Source of the DNA: an uncultured beta proteobacterium
GTDB lineage: Bacteria > Pseudomonadota > Gammaproteobacteria > Burkholderiales > Burkholderiaceae_C
Reading direction: 5' to 3'
Length of the DNA: 60,001 nucleotides
Assembly: GCA_903914175.1 (NCBI GenBank)
Contig: CAIWNX010000170.1
Location: 1-60,001, forward strand
Under the pieces are notes generated by a model, which was not told the DNA's origin, did no database searches, and saw nothing but the letters and a program-made list of their open reading frames with translations. Shown in pieces: positions 45,472 to 54,393 of the stretch (the stretch's first letter is position 1; each line of letters starts with the position of its first letter). A program made the position numbers and the translations under genes.

Positions 45472-46011
45472 ATGAATCAGCAGACCATCGTCGTCCATAT
45501 CCCGGGTTTGCGCCGGTATGCGCGCGCACTGACGGGTGACGTCTGGACTGCGGATGATCTGGTGCAGGACACACTGGAACGCGCCTGTTCCAGATGGCGT
45601 CTATGGTTGGCTGGATCCGATTTGCGCGCCTGGCTTTTCACGCTGATGCACAACCTGTTCATCAGCCAGGTGCGCCAGGGCCTGACGCGCGCGCGGCTGG
45701 CACCAACCGTTGACCTGGAAGATGTTGCGCATGAATTGCGCGCGCCAGACGCATCCGCCAGTTTTGCCATCGACTTGCAGCGTTGCCTGTTGCGACTGCC
45801 CGAAGAGCAGCGCGTGGTCATGCTCCTGGTCACCATGGAAGAGATGTCGTATGACGAAGTTGCCAAGGTAACAGGTGTTCCTGTTGGCACCGTCATGTCG
45901 CGCCTGTCGCGCGCGAGGGGCCGCATGCGTGAACTGCTGGACGAACCCACGGAAAAGTCGGCGGCTAGCGCGGCACACAAGTCCGAACCCGTCCTGAGGC
46001 GAATGAAATGA
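45472..46011 (+). CDS. ECF RNA polymerase sigma factor
   Basis: LRRYARAL; ADDLVQDTLERA; RAWLFTLMHN; SYDEVA...GVPVGTVMSRLSRAR. Confidence 0.95.
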   Translation: MNQQTIVVHIPGLRRYARALTGDVWTADDLVQDTLERACSRWRLWLAGSDLRAWLFTLMHNLFISQVRQGLTRARLAPTVDLEDVAHELRAPDASASFAIDLQRCLLRLPEEQRVVMLLVTMEEMSYDEVAKVTGVPVGTVMSRLSRARGRMRELLDEPTEKSAASAAHKSEPVLRRMK

Positions 46012-46814
46012 CATACGCCATGAACCAAGATGAAATGCATGCACTGGTCGATCAGTGTCAACCCGAAGCCCAGCGGCAAGCACTTGCTGCGGTGGCCTTG
46101 AAGGATCCCCAGGCTGCAGAAACCTTGCTTGCCTGGATCAAGCAGCGCGACGGGCTCAATGCGCTGCACCGAAGTGTTTTGAATGAACCGGTTCCCGCAT
46201 CGTTGAAATATGCGGCTGGTCGCGTAACGGCCTTGCAGAAAAATCTGAGCCGCAGCTGGCAGCAGGCCGGCATTGCTGCCGGATTCGCCCTGGCGTTTGG
46301 CGTTGGCTGGACCTCGAACGGTCAATGGGCGGGCAAGCAGGAACCCGTCACGCTCGCGGCCAACGGTGTGGCGCAGCACGAGTTCGTGCGCCAGGCGAGT
46401 TTTGCGCATGCAGTCTATCTGCCCGAGAAACGTCACCCGGTAGAAGTCACGGCTGCCGAGCAGGATCATTTGGTGCAGTGGCTTTCCAAGCGTCTGGGCA
46501 AGCCGCTCAAGGTACCCAAGCTCTCCGCGCAAGGCTATGAACTGGTTGGTGGTCGCCTGCTGCCCGGCGAGATTGGCGCCAGAGCGCAGTTCATGTTCCA
46601 GAACGAGCAGGGGCAGCGCATCACTTTGTACCTGGGTGCGATTGATCCGAAGTCCGAAAAAGTGGCGCAGGACGAGACGCGATTCAGCTACCAGGCCGAC
46701 GGGCCGACCTCCAGTTTCTACTGGTCGGATCAGGGTTTTGGCTATGCACTGACGGGCGAGGTCAACCGCGAAAAACTGATCGCCCTGGCCACCCTGGTGT
46801 ACCAACAACTCTGA
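46008..46814 (+). CDS. Transmembrane anti-sigma factor
   Basis: EPVP motif; TM; AHAVY..E.RHPVEV; HLVQWLSKRLG; GYELVGGRLLP; FYWSD. Confidence 0.9.
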   Translation: MTYAMNQDEMHALVDQCQPEAQRQALAAVALKDPQAAETLLAWIKQRDGLNALHRSVLNEPVPASLKYAAGRVTALQKNLSRSWQQAGIAAGFALAFGVGWTSNGQWAGKQEPVTLAANGVAQHEFVRQASFAHAVYLPEKRHPVEVTAAEQDHLVQWLSKRLGKPLKVPKLSAQGYELVGGRLLPGEIGARAQFMFQNEQGQRITLYLGAIDPKSEKVAQDETRFSYQADGPTSSFYWSDQGFGYALTGEVNREKLIALATLVYQQL

Positions 46815-46864
46815 TGCTTTGATCGCCAGCAATCATTTTTCTCTCATCAATCAAAGGACTTAGC

Positions 46865-47401
46865 ATGAAGACCACGCTCTCACGGAGACACTTTTTCGAA
46901 CCGGCTCTGGGCACAGTCATGTTGCTGATCTTGCCGGGATGCGGCGGTGGTGGCGGCACCAGCATTGCGGACGCTGCCGCAGCGCTGGGGGCGACGCCAC
47001 CTGCAGCAACACCGCCTGCAGCAACACCACCTGCAGCAACACCGCCTGCAGCAACACCACCTGCAGCGACGCCGCCTGCAGCAACACCACCTGCAGCGAC
47101 GCCACCTGCAGCAACACCACCTGCAGCAACACCACCTGCAGCAACACCGCCCCCCACACCCGCTGTGACAAGCTGCGGCGCGCAGTTCGACTTCAACCAT
47201 GGTCATGTGCTGGTCATCCAGAAGGCCGACCTGGACTCGCCAACGGCCATGAGCTACGACATCACCGGCAATGCCGACCACGGGCACAGCGTGACGTTCA
47301 GCCCGGCACAACTGGCCTCGCTCAAGGCCGGTGCCAGCGTCACCGTGACCAGCACAACCTCATTTTTCCACCAGCACGTCCTCACGGTTTCATGCGTGTG
47401 A
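46865..47401 (+). CDS. Tat-exported lipoprotein with AATPP linker and His-rich C-terminal domain
   Basis: SRRHFF twin-arginine motif; LPGC lipobox; NHGH, DHGH and HQH motifs. Confidence 0.75.
   Translation: MKTTLSRRHFFEPALGTVMLLILPGCGGGGGTSIADAAAALGATPPAATPPAATPPAATPPAATPPAATPPAATPPAATPPAATPPAATPPAATPPPTPAVTSCGAQFDFNHGHVLVIQKADLDSPTAMSYDITGNADHGHSVTFSPAQLASLKAGASVTVTSTTSFFHQHVLTVSCV
46988..47152 (+). repeat. 15-bp tandem repeat, 11 copies, encoding (A/G)ATPP
   Basis: Unit gcagcRacRccRcct counted directly in the sequence. Confidence 0.95.
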
Positions 47402-47435
47402 ATTCGATCAACAACCGCATATCACGAGGTGCATC

Positions 47436-47921
47436 ATGAAGTTTTCCACATTCGTTCTTTCGATGGCCTTGCTGTCGACCGCAGTTGCCGCGCAGGCTGC
47501 TGGCGGTGGTGGTGGCGGCGGGAGTGAAGCCGGTGACAGTACGAAAGTCGATCCGGTTGTGCAACTTGCCAATGCGGCGATTACCAGGAAGGACTGGCCT
47601 GCGGCACAGACCGTCCTCAAGACGGCGCTGGACAACAACGCACAAAACGCCGACTACCACAATCTCTACGCCTATTCGCTGCGCAAAGGCAGCAACCCGG
47701 ATATGAAGACGGTGTTCCTGCACTATGAGCAGGCCTTGCGCATCGATCCAAAACACCGGGGCGCCCATGAGTACATCGGCGAGGCCTACCTGATGGTGGA
47801 CAACCCGGCGAAGGCCAGGGAGCATCTGGCTGCGCTGGACAAGCTGTGTTTCTTCCCCTGCGAGGAATACTCGGATCTCAAGAAGGCGATTGCGAACTAT
47901 GAGCGCAGTCATGCCGGATAG
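47436..47921 (+). CDS. Secreted TPR protein
   Basis: Signal peptide; NADYHNLYAYSLRK; ALRIDPKHRGAHEYIGEAYL; CFFPCEEY. Confidence 0.88.
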   Translation: MKFSTFVLSMALLSTAVAAQAAGGGGGGGSEAGDSTKVDPVVQLANAAITRKDWPAAQTVLKTALDNNAQNADYHNLYAYSLRKGSNPDMKTVFLHYEQALRIDPKHRGAHEYIGEAYLMVDNPAKAREHLAALDKLCFFPCEEYSDLKKAIANYERSHAG

Positions 47922-47945
47922 GCGCAGCCAGTTCGTGAGCTTGAC

Positions 47946-48356
47946 ATGTTGACCCATTTCCAAAGTCCATTGGCACTGGCGGCGCGCATCTTGATGGCGC
48001 TGCTGTTCCTGCCAGAAGGCATCAACAAGTTTGCCGGGTTCTCAGGCACTGCCCGCTACATCCAGGCTGCCGGCCTGCCCTGGCCGGAACTGGGTGCTGT
48101 TCAGGCCATCGTGCTGGAGGTGGGCGGCTCCCTGGCATTGCTGGCTGGATTCCAGACGCGACGCGTGGCGCTGGGCCTGGCTGTCTTCACCGTGGCCACA
48201 GGATTTTTCTTCCACAAATTCTGGGCTGTTCCCGTCGATCAGGCCGGCCTTCAGCACATCATGTTTTTCAAGAACATGGCGATTGCCGGCGGTCTTTGCA
48301 TGTTGGCCGCTTTTGGTGCCGGTGCCTGGAGTCTTGATGCCCGACGCGCGGGCTGA
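47946..48356 (+). CDS. DoxX-family membrane protein
   Basis: ARILMALLF..G..K; EVGG; GFQTR; FHKFW; FFKNMAIAGG; GAGAWSLD. Confidence 0.92.
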   Translation: MLTHFQSPLALAARILMALLFLPEGINKFAGFSGTARYIQAAGLPWPELGAVQAIVLEVGGSLALLAGFQTRRVALGLAVFTVATGFFFHKFWAVPVDQAGLQHIMFFKNMAIAGGLCMLAAFGAGAWSLDARRAG

Positions 48357-48408
48357 AGCAAAAAATTCGACTCGAAACCGTTTTGAGAACATAACCAAGG
48401 AGAAAAAT

Positions 48409-51201
48409 ATGAGCTTCAACTTAGTGCGTATCGGGGTCGTGGCCCAGATGATTTACATGCTCTCTGGCTGCGGTGGCACCGATGGTGCCGTCGGCCCGGT
48501 TGGCGCCACGGGTCCGACCGGACCTGCGGGTGTGCCCGGTACCAACGCGGTGGCCGTGGTCAAGCTCTCCAGTCTGACGCCCGATCAATATGCGGCAACC
48601 GCTTTCAATGCCACGATTACCGGTGTCGCCATTGCCGGTGCGCCGGTGGTGAGCTTCAAGGTGGCCGATGCCAATGGCACGCCCATCGTCGGTTTGGGAT
48701 TGGCAACGAAAGCTGCAAGCGCGAGCGTTTCCCGCTACCAGAATCTTGCTTTTTCTCTGGCAAAACTGGTGCCAGCTCCGAGCGCATTGGTGGCTGGCGT
48801 CAGTGGTGGCCCGAGCCGATGGGTCAGTTATGTCGTGACGACTGTGCCCACCGCAAGCACGGCAGCGACTGCGACGCGACCCTCGACCGACAGCCAAGGC
48901 ACGCTGGTAGACAACGGCGATGGCTCGTACAAATACACGTTCTACCGTGACATCACCCAGGTCAAGACGCAAGTGGCCGCTTTCAAACTCACGGGGCTCA
49001 ATGTCGCCTCCGATCTGGGTGACCTGAGTTTCGATCCGAACGCCATTCACCGCCTGGCCTTGTCGATCTCAGGCAATGTGCCGGGCACCGGAACCAATAC
49101 CGCAGACGAGGTGCAGGCTGTGCCGGCAGTGACTTTGAGTAAACCGAACAATGCAATATTCGACTTCATTCCCGCATCCGGCAAAGCACTGGCAGTGTCA
49201 GACCCGGGGCAGCGCCTGATCGTCGATCAGATCAGCTGCAACGAGTGTCACGGCAAGCTCGGTGGCATTCCAGGCACCGAGAGCGCGGCCTTTCATGGCG
49301 GTAGTCGTTACGACCCGCGTTTCTGCGTCGTGTGCCACACCGACCAGCGCAAGTTCGGTCAGGCACGCGTCACTTCGACCAACAACGTCTTTCCAGCCGG
49401 TCTTACCTACGTTGCCGACGGCGTCACCATCGGTGATTTTCCGGTGTTGATCCATCGGATCCACAAGGGCAATCTTCTGGTCAAGCAGGGGTACAACTTC
49501 GCCAACGTCTTGCTCAATGAAACCAAGTTCCCGCAAGACATCCGCAACTGCAGCAAGTGCCATGACAACACGGCACCCAAGCTGGCGCCACAGGCCGCAA
49601 ACTTCAAGAATGTTCCGAGTCGCCTGGCCTGTGGCGCCTGCCATGACGGCATCGACTTTGCGACCGGCAAAGGGGTGACCAACGCCGCTGCGAATCAGGC
49701 CAAGATTGATGGCGCCAGCCCGAGCGCGAGCGGTCACATCGGCGGCATTCAGACGGACGACCAAAAGTGCGCTTTGTGCCACGATGCAGTTTCTATCGAG
49801 TCGGTCTATCACCTGCCGATCACGCCGCCCAATCCGGCCAACATTCTTGTCGCGGGTGGGACCAACAACAATACCAACGCCGCCTGGATTGCTTCGAAGA
49901 CAAGCAATTTGCCTGTGGGCGCGATCAAGGTGAGCTATGACATTCTCAGCGCCTCACGCAATGCCAGCAAGCAGCCGGTCATCGTATTCAGAATGCTCCA
50001 GAATGGCATTGCCGTGCCGTTCAATACCTTTAGCGCTACCGGCAAAACCGAGATGTGGGATAACTTCATGGGCTCGCCCAGCGCCTACTTTGTTTTTGCA
50101 GTTCCACAGGACGGCATCACGGCGCCGGCTGACTTCAACGCCTCGGCTTCTGGCTATCTCAGAAGCATCTGGAATGGCAGTGCCACCGGCACGGCCAAGG
50201 GCACGCTGACCGGCCCGGATGCAAACGGCTACTACACCGCCACGCTGACCGGCGTCACCGTTCCGGATAACGCCGTCATGCTGACAGGTGGCATTGGCTA
50301 TACCTACGGGCTGCAGACCACCATGCCGCTGACGCAGATCAATCTGGTAGATAAATCGCTGTTCGACCCGACCCGGCAAAACCGATTCGCCGTGGCGGCC
50401 GCAACCAATACGGGGTTGACGGCGGGCATGCCGAACAAGACCGGCGGCCTGATCGTCATCGCGCCCGATCTGCAAAAGGTGGCAACCGGTTACAGCGCGC
50501 GCCGAGCCATTGTGGACGACAAGCGGTGTAATTCCTGCCATGAGGAACTCGGCGCGTTCACAACCGAGTCGTTCCACGCCGGTCAGCGCAACGACGGTAC
50601 GACTTGTTCGTGGTGTCACAACCCGAACCGGGCGAGCAGCGGCTGGTCGGCGGACTCAACCTCCTTCGTCCATGCGATCCACGCGGCTGACAAACGCGAC
50701 GTACCCTTCACCTGGCATGCCTCATCCACCAGTGAATCGTTTGCCGACGTTGGCTATCCTGGCGTCCTGAGCAAATGCGAGACCTGCCACTTGCCCGGCA
50801 CCTATGACTTCAGCGCCACTGCATCGGCGGCAGCGGCCGATGCGCGCCTTTATCGGACGGTTGCCACCGGGAAATTCAATGGTACGGTTGCCGGTTCGCT
50901 CGCTGCGTTCTCAATTTCGCCGTACGTGACAGCGGACAACGTGACCGACTATGGCGCGGGTTTCAGCTTCAATGCGGGCACCGGCGCGACAATTGCCGCC
51001 GCCGCCAGTACACTCGTGCACTCACCAACGACTGCGGTGTGCTTTGCTTGCCATGACAGCCAGCAAGCCGTGGCGCATATGCGTTTGAGCGGAGGCTCAA
51101 TCTATGCGACACGCGCTACTGCGCTGGCTTCGGCCGAGACTTGTTTGGTGTGCCATGGGCCAGGCAAGGTAGCCGATATCAAGGTGATGCATGCGAAATA
51201 G
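48409..51201 (+). CDS. OmcA/MtrC-family decaheme c-type cytochrome lipoprotein
   Basis: AAGGAG RBS; LSGC lipobox; short collagen-like G-X-Y run; ten CxxCH motifs in two groups of five separated by a heme-free domain; GTLVDNGDGSYKYTF. Confidence 0.92.
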   Translation: MSFNLVRIGVVAQMIYMLSGCGGTDGAVGPVGATGPTGPAGVPGTNAVAVVKLSSLTPDQYAATAFNATITGVAIAGAPVVSFKVADANGTPIVGLGLATKAASASVSRYQNLAFSLAKLVPAPSALVAGVSGGPSRWVSYVVTTVPTASTAATATRPSTDSQGTLVDNGDGSYKYTFYRDITQVKTQVAAFKLTGLNVASDLGDLSFDPNAIHRLALSISGNVPGTGTNTADEVQAVPAVTLSKPNNAIFDFIPASGKALAVSDPGQRLIVDQISCNECHGKLGGIPGTESAAFHGGSRYDPRFCVVCHTDQRKFGQARVTSTNNVFPAGLTYVADGVTIGDFPVLIHRIHKGNLLVKQGYNFANVLLNETKFPQDIRNCSKCHDNTAPKLAPQAANFKNVPSRLACGACHDGIDFATGKGVTNAAANQAKIDGASPSASGHIGGIQTDDQKCALCHDAVSIESVYHLPITPPNPANILVAGGTNNNTNAAWIASKTSNLPVGAIKVSYDILSASRNASKQPVIVFRMLQNGIAVPFNTFSATGKTEMWDNFMGSPSAYFVFAVPQDGITAPADFNASASGYLRSIWNGSATGTAKGTLTGPDANGYYTATLTGVTVPDNAVMLTGGIGYTYGLQTTMPLTQINLVDKSLFDPTRQNRFAVAAATNTGLTAGMPNKTGGLIVIAPDLQKVATGYSARRAIVDDKRCNSCHEELGAFTTESFHAGQRNDGTTCSWCHNPNRASSGWSADSTSFVHAIHAADKRDVPFTWHASSTSESFADVGYPGVLSKCETCHLPGTYDFSATASAAAADARLYRTVATGKFNGTVAGSLAAFSISPYVTADNVTDYGAGFSFNAGTGATIAAAASTLVHSPTTAVCFACHDSQQAVAHMRLSGGSIYATRATALASAETCLVCHGPGKVADIKVMHAK

Positions 51202-51262
51202 CGTGCCGGTCGGCGTGCGCCGGCCGAACATCTTTTCGGTCAAACGTAACTGAGGCGTTGAT

Positions 51263-51655
51263 GTGAATGTAAAAAGACTTGAAGGAGCCCTGCTTGACTT
51301 TTGGGTGGCGAAGTCAGCGGGTCTCAAACTCATGGCTGAGCCGCCGCAAGCGGGATCACAACATGATCCGGAAAGTGACAGCTGGCATCCCGATACCTTC
51401 CACCCGGCGACCAATTGGTCGCATGCCGGACCGATTGTGGCCAATGAGTGGTTTGTGATCGAAGACATGCTGAACGAATGGTTTGGCCCTGAATGGCCAG
51501 GCGCCAACATGATGATTCACTTTCCTCTGACGTGGTTCATGCGAGCCTATGTGGGCTCACAGTTTGGCGATGAGGTGGAAGATATCGTTTCTGTGCAGGG
51601 CGCATGGTCGATCAGCCCTGGCGATCCGATCCAAATCGAACCGAAGAACCTGTGA
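51263..51655 (+). CDS. NinX/DUF2591-like protein
   Basis: LEGALLDFWVAKSAG; FHPATNWSHAGPI; MRAYVGSQFGDEV. Confidence 0.75.
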   Translation: MNVKRLEGALLDFWVAKSAGLKLMAEPPQAGSQHDPESDSWHPDTFHPATNWSHAGPIVANEWFVIEDMLNEWFGPEWPGANMMIHFPLTWFMRAYVGSQFGDEVEDIVSVQGAWSISPGDPIQIEPKNL

Positions 51656-51827
51656 GGTTTGCGCCTGTCTGGACCTGAATGGGTTGCCGCAGCGGCGACG
51701 ACGGAAGGGGTGACACTGAAGTAGTTTTGACAAAATCCCGGGCGAGACCCAAAATACACGGCAACCTGGAAACCATCGTCGTGGCCGAACAAACATCCAT
51801 GCGCAACCGACCGCAGTCGAGCTGAGC

Positions 51828-52988
51828 ATGGCGACAGAACCTCAATTGATGCAGGGCAATCAGGCAATTGCCGAAGGCGCGCTCTATGCAGGCGCCAGGT
51901 TCTACGCCGGCTACCCCATCACGCCCTCGTCCGAAATCGCTGAAGAGTGTTCCGTCAGGCTGCCGCAGCTCGGCGGCGTGTTCATCCAGATGGAGGACGA
52001 GATCGCTTCGATCGCAGCCGTCGTCGGTGCATCGCTCGCCGGTGCCAAGGCGCTGACGGCCACCAGCGGGCCGGGCTTCTCGCTGATGCAGGAGAACCTG
52101 GGGCTGGCCATCATGGGTGAGGTGCCCTGCGTGATCGTCAATGTGCAGCGGGCCGGCCCCAGCACCGGGTTGGCGACGAAGCCGGCCCAGTCGGACATGA
52201 TGCAGGTTCGCTGGGGCCGCCATGGCGACCAGACCCTGATTGCACTGTGCCCGGCCACGGTCAGTGAATGCTTTAGCCTGACAGTGAAGGCGTTCAATTT
52301 GGCGGAGCGCTTTCGCGTGCCGGTTGTCCTGATGCCCGATGAGATCGTCGGCCACATGCGTGAGGGCGTCGTGCTGCCGCAAGCCGGTGAGCTTGAGGTC
52401 ATCGAGCGCAAGGCGCCGACCGGCCCGCCCGCCAGTTATCTTCCGTTCGCCGCCGATGCCGACGGCATTGCCCCGCTGGCCGCTTATGGCAGCGACTATG
52501 TGTTTCACATCACCAGTTCCATGCACGGCAAGGACGGTTACAGCAACAACGACCCGGCCAACGCGGCGTGGCGGGTTCGGCAACTGCACGAGAAGCTCGA
52601 GCGCCATCGCGACGAGATCGTCCTGACCCAGTGTTTTGACACAGACGATATGGATGTGTTGCTGGTCACGTTCGGCGCCACCACCCGTGCCGGACGCGCT
52701 TGCGCGCTGCAGGCGCGCGAGCAGGGTATCAAGGCGGGCGTGCTGCAGTTGCAAACGATCTGGCCTTTCGCCGACAAAGAGGTCGCGGCTCTTGCCAGAA
52801 ATGTGCGGATGGTGGTCGTGCCTGAGATGAACTACAGCGGCCAACTGGCCGGCGAAGTGCGAAAAGTCTTGGGCGCAGCGATGGACATCCGCAGTGTCAA
52901 CCGGTTCAACGGCACCATCATCACGCCGCAGGACATCCTGGACGTCATCAGCCGCTCCGTTACGGCGCAAAGGGAAATGCAGGACTGA
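51828..52988 (+). CDS. 2-oxoacid:acceptor oxidoreductase, alpha subunit
   Basis: GNQAIAEGA; YAGYPITPSSEI; QMEDEIAS; ATSGPGFSLM; VQRAGPSTG; EMNY.GQ. Confidence 0.95.
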   Translation: MATEPQLMQGNQAIAEGALYAGARFYAGYPITPSSEIAEECSVRLPQLGGVFIQMEDEIASIAAVVGASLAGAKALTATSGPGFSLMQENLGLAIMGEVPCVIVNVQRAGPSTGLATKPAQSDMMQVRWGRHGDQTLIALCPATVSECFSLTVKAFNLAERFRVPVVLMPDEIVGHMREGVVLPQAGELEVIERKAPTGPPASYLPFAADADGIAPLAAYGSDYVFHITSSMHGKDGYSNNDPANAAWRVRQLHEKLERHRDEIVLTQCFDTDDMDVLLVTFGATTRAGRACALQAREQGIKAGVLQLQTIWPFADKEVAALARNVRMVVVPEMNYSGQLAGEVRKVLGAAMDIRSVNRFNGTIITPQDILDVISRSVTAQREMQD

Positions 52989-52990
52989 GC

Positions 52991-53824
52991 ATGTCACACG
53001 CCACCGGAATCAGCTACCTCAAAGACGGCGTATTGCCGCACATGTGGTGTGCGGGCTGCGGTATCGGGACCATGCTTGGCGCGCTGCTGCGAGCGTTCGA
53101 GGAACTTGGATTTTCCAAAACAGAAACGGTGGTCGTCACCGGCATCGGCTGCACCGGAAAACTTGACGATTACCTGGTGACCAATGCGCTGCACACCACG
53201 CATGGCCGCGCCCTGGCCTACGCGACCGGAATCAAGGCGTTCAACCCGCGTCTCAAGGTGGTTGTGATCATGGGGGATGGCGACGGTGTGACGATCGGCG
53301 GCAACCACTTCATCCACGCGGCCCGGCGCAACATCGACCTGACGGCAATCGTCCTCAATAACCTGAACTACGGCATGACCGGCGGCCAGGCCTCGGCCAC
53401 AAGCCCGGGTGCCAGCGTGACGAGCACCACCCGCTATGGAAATCCTGAGCGCGATTTCGACATCTGTGCGCTGGCGCAGGCGGCCGGCGCCAACTACGTT
53501 GCGCGAACCACCACTTACCACGGTTGGGAGCTCAAGGAACTCATCAAGCAGGCGCTGACGAAGAAAGGTTTTTCGCTGGTCGAGGCCATGAGCCCATGCC
53601 CGACGCAATACGGGCGCCGCAATGAAATGAAAGAGACCAGCGCCATGTTGCACGCGTTGCGCGATCAGGCGATGCCGGTGGCGCACTGGCGCAGCCTGCC
53701 CGAGTCGCAGCGTGGGAATCGCTTTGCCACGGGCACGCTGGTGGATCGCACCGAGCCCGGCTTCAACGAGCGCTATGCCTTGGTCCAGGCGCGGGCCATC
53801 GCCGATGCGAGCGTCAAACCATGA
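52991..53824 (+). CDS. 2-oxoacid:acceptor oxidoreductase, beta subunit (TPP-binding)
   Basis: WCAGCG; TGIGC; HTTHGRA; GDGD; NNLNYGMTGGQ; SPCPT. Confidence 0.95.
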   Translation: MSHATGISYLKDGVLPHMWCAGCGIGTMLGALLRAFEELGFSKTETVVVTGIGCTGKLDDYLVTNALHTTHGRALAYATGIKAFNPRLKVVVIMGDGDGVTIGGNHFIHAARRNIDLTAIVLNNLNYGMTGGQASATSPGASVTSTTRYGNPERDFDICALAQAAGANYVARTTTYHGWELKELIKQALTKKGFSLVEAMSPCPTQYGRRNEMKETSAMLHALRDQAMPVAHWRSLPESQRGNRFATGTLVDRTEPGFNERYALVQARAIADASVKP

Positions 53825-54393
53825 GGCCAGGCGCCATGCATCGCGAAGTGATACTGGCGGGCTCGGGCGGCCAGGGGCTGGTGCTCTCGGCCATCCTGCT
53901 CGCCGAAGCGGCCATGCGCGAGGGCAAGTCGGTGGTGCAGACGCAGTCGTACGGCATCGCCAGCCGCGGCGGCCTGTCGCTGGCCGAGGTGATCATCGAC
54001 GACGCCGAGATCATCTTCCAGCAGGTTCGCCGCCCGGACTGCGTGCTGGCGCTGACCGAGGAGGCGATAAAAAAATTTGAGGCCTGGGCCGGCAAGGGCG
54101 TGCCCGTTTATTACGACAGCACGCTGGCCACGGCGCGGCACGGGCCGAATTTTCATGGCCATCCGTTTACGCAGATCGCGAGCGATCTTGGCAATGTCGG
54201 CAGCGTCAACATCCTGGCCCTGGGCGCGCTGGCGGCACACATGAACCTGGTCAAGAGGACGAGTTTGGAACAACAGCTCCGCCAGCGCTTCGCTGGCGCC
54301 GCCGGCGAACTCAACCTGAAGATGCTGGCGCTGGGCTTTGATCTGGGCGCCCCGGCACGCTCCGATGCCGCAGCAGCGGGAGCGCCAAAGTGA
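53821..54393 (+). CDS. 2-oxoacid:acceptor oxidoreductase, gamma subunit
   Basis: AGSGGQG; QTQSYG..SRGG.S; NILALGAL. Alternative start at 53836. Confidence 0.92.
   Translation: MRPGAMHREVILAGSGGQGLVLSAILLAEAAMREGKSVVQTQSYGIASRGGLSLAEVIIDDAEIIFQQVRRPDCVLALTEEAIKKFEAWAGKGVPVYYDSTLATARHGPNFHGHPFTQIASDLGNVGSVNILALGALAAHMNLVKRTSLEQQLRQRFAGAAGELNLKMLALGFDLGAPARSDAAAAGAPK

Noticed and set aside
46988-47152. Tandem repeat as a possible CRISPR array, or as poly-Gln/His or poly-Cys peptides in other frames
   Set aside because: There are no unique spacers and no cas genes. The AATPP frame has an RBS, a Tat/lipobox signal and a sensible C-terminal domain.
48031-48408. N-terminal extensions in the ORF track (also 14969, 28521, 35177, 38300, 56665, 57803)
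   Set aside because: They overlap neighbouring genes or promoters. Downstream starts fit better (RBS, signal peptide or family N-terminus).
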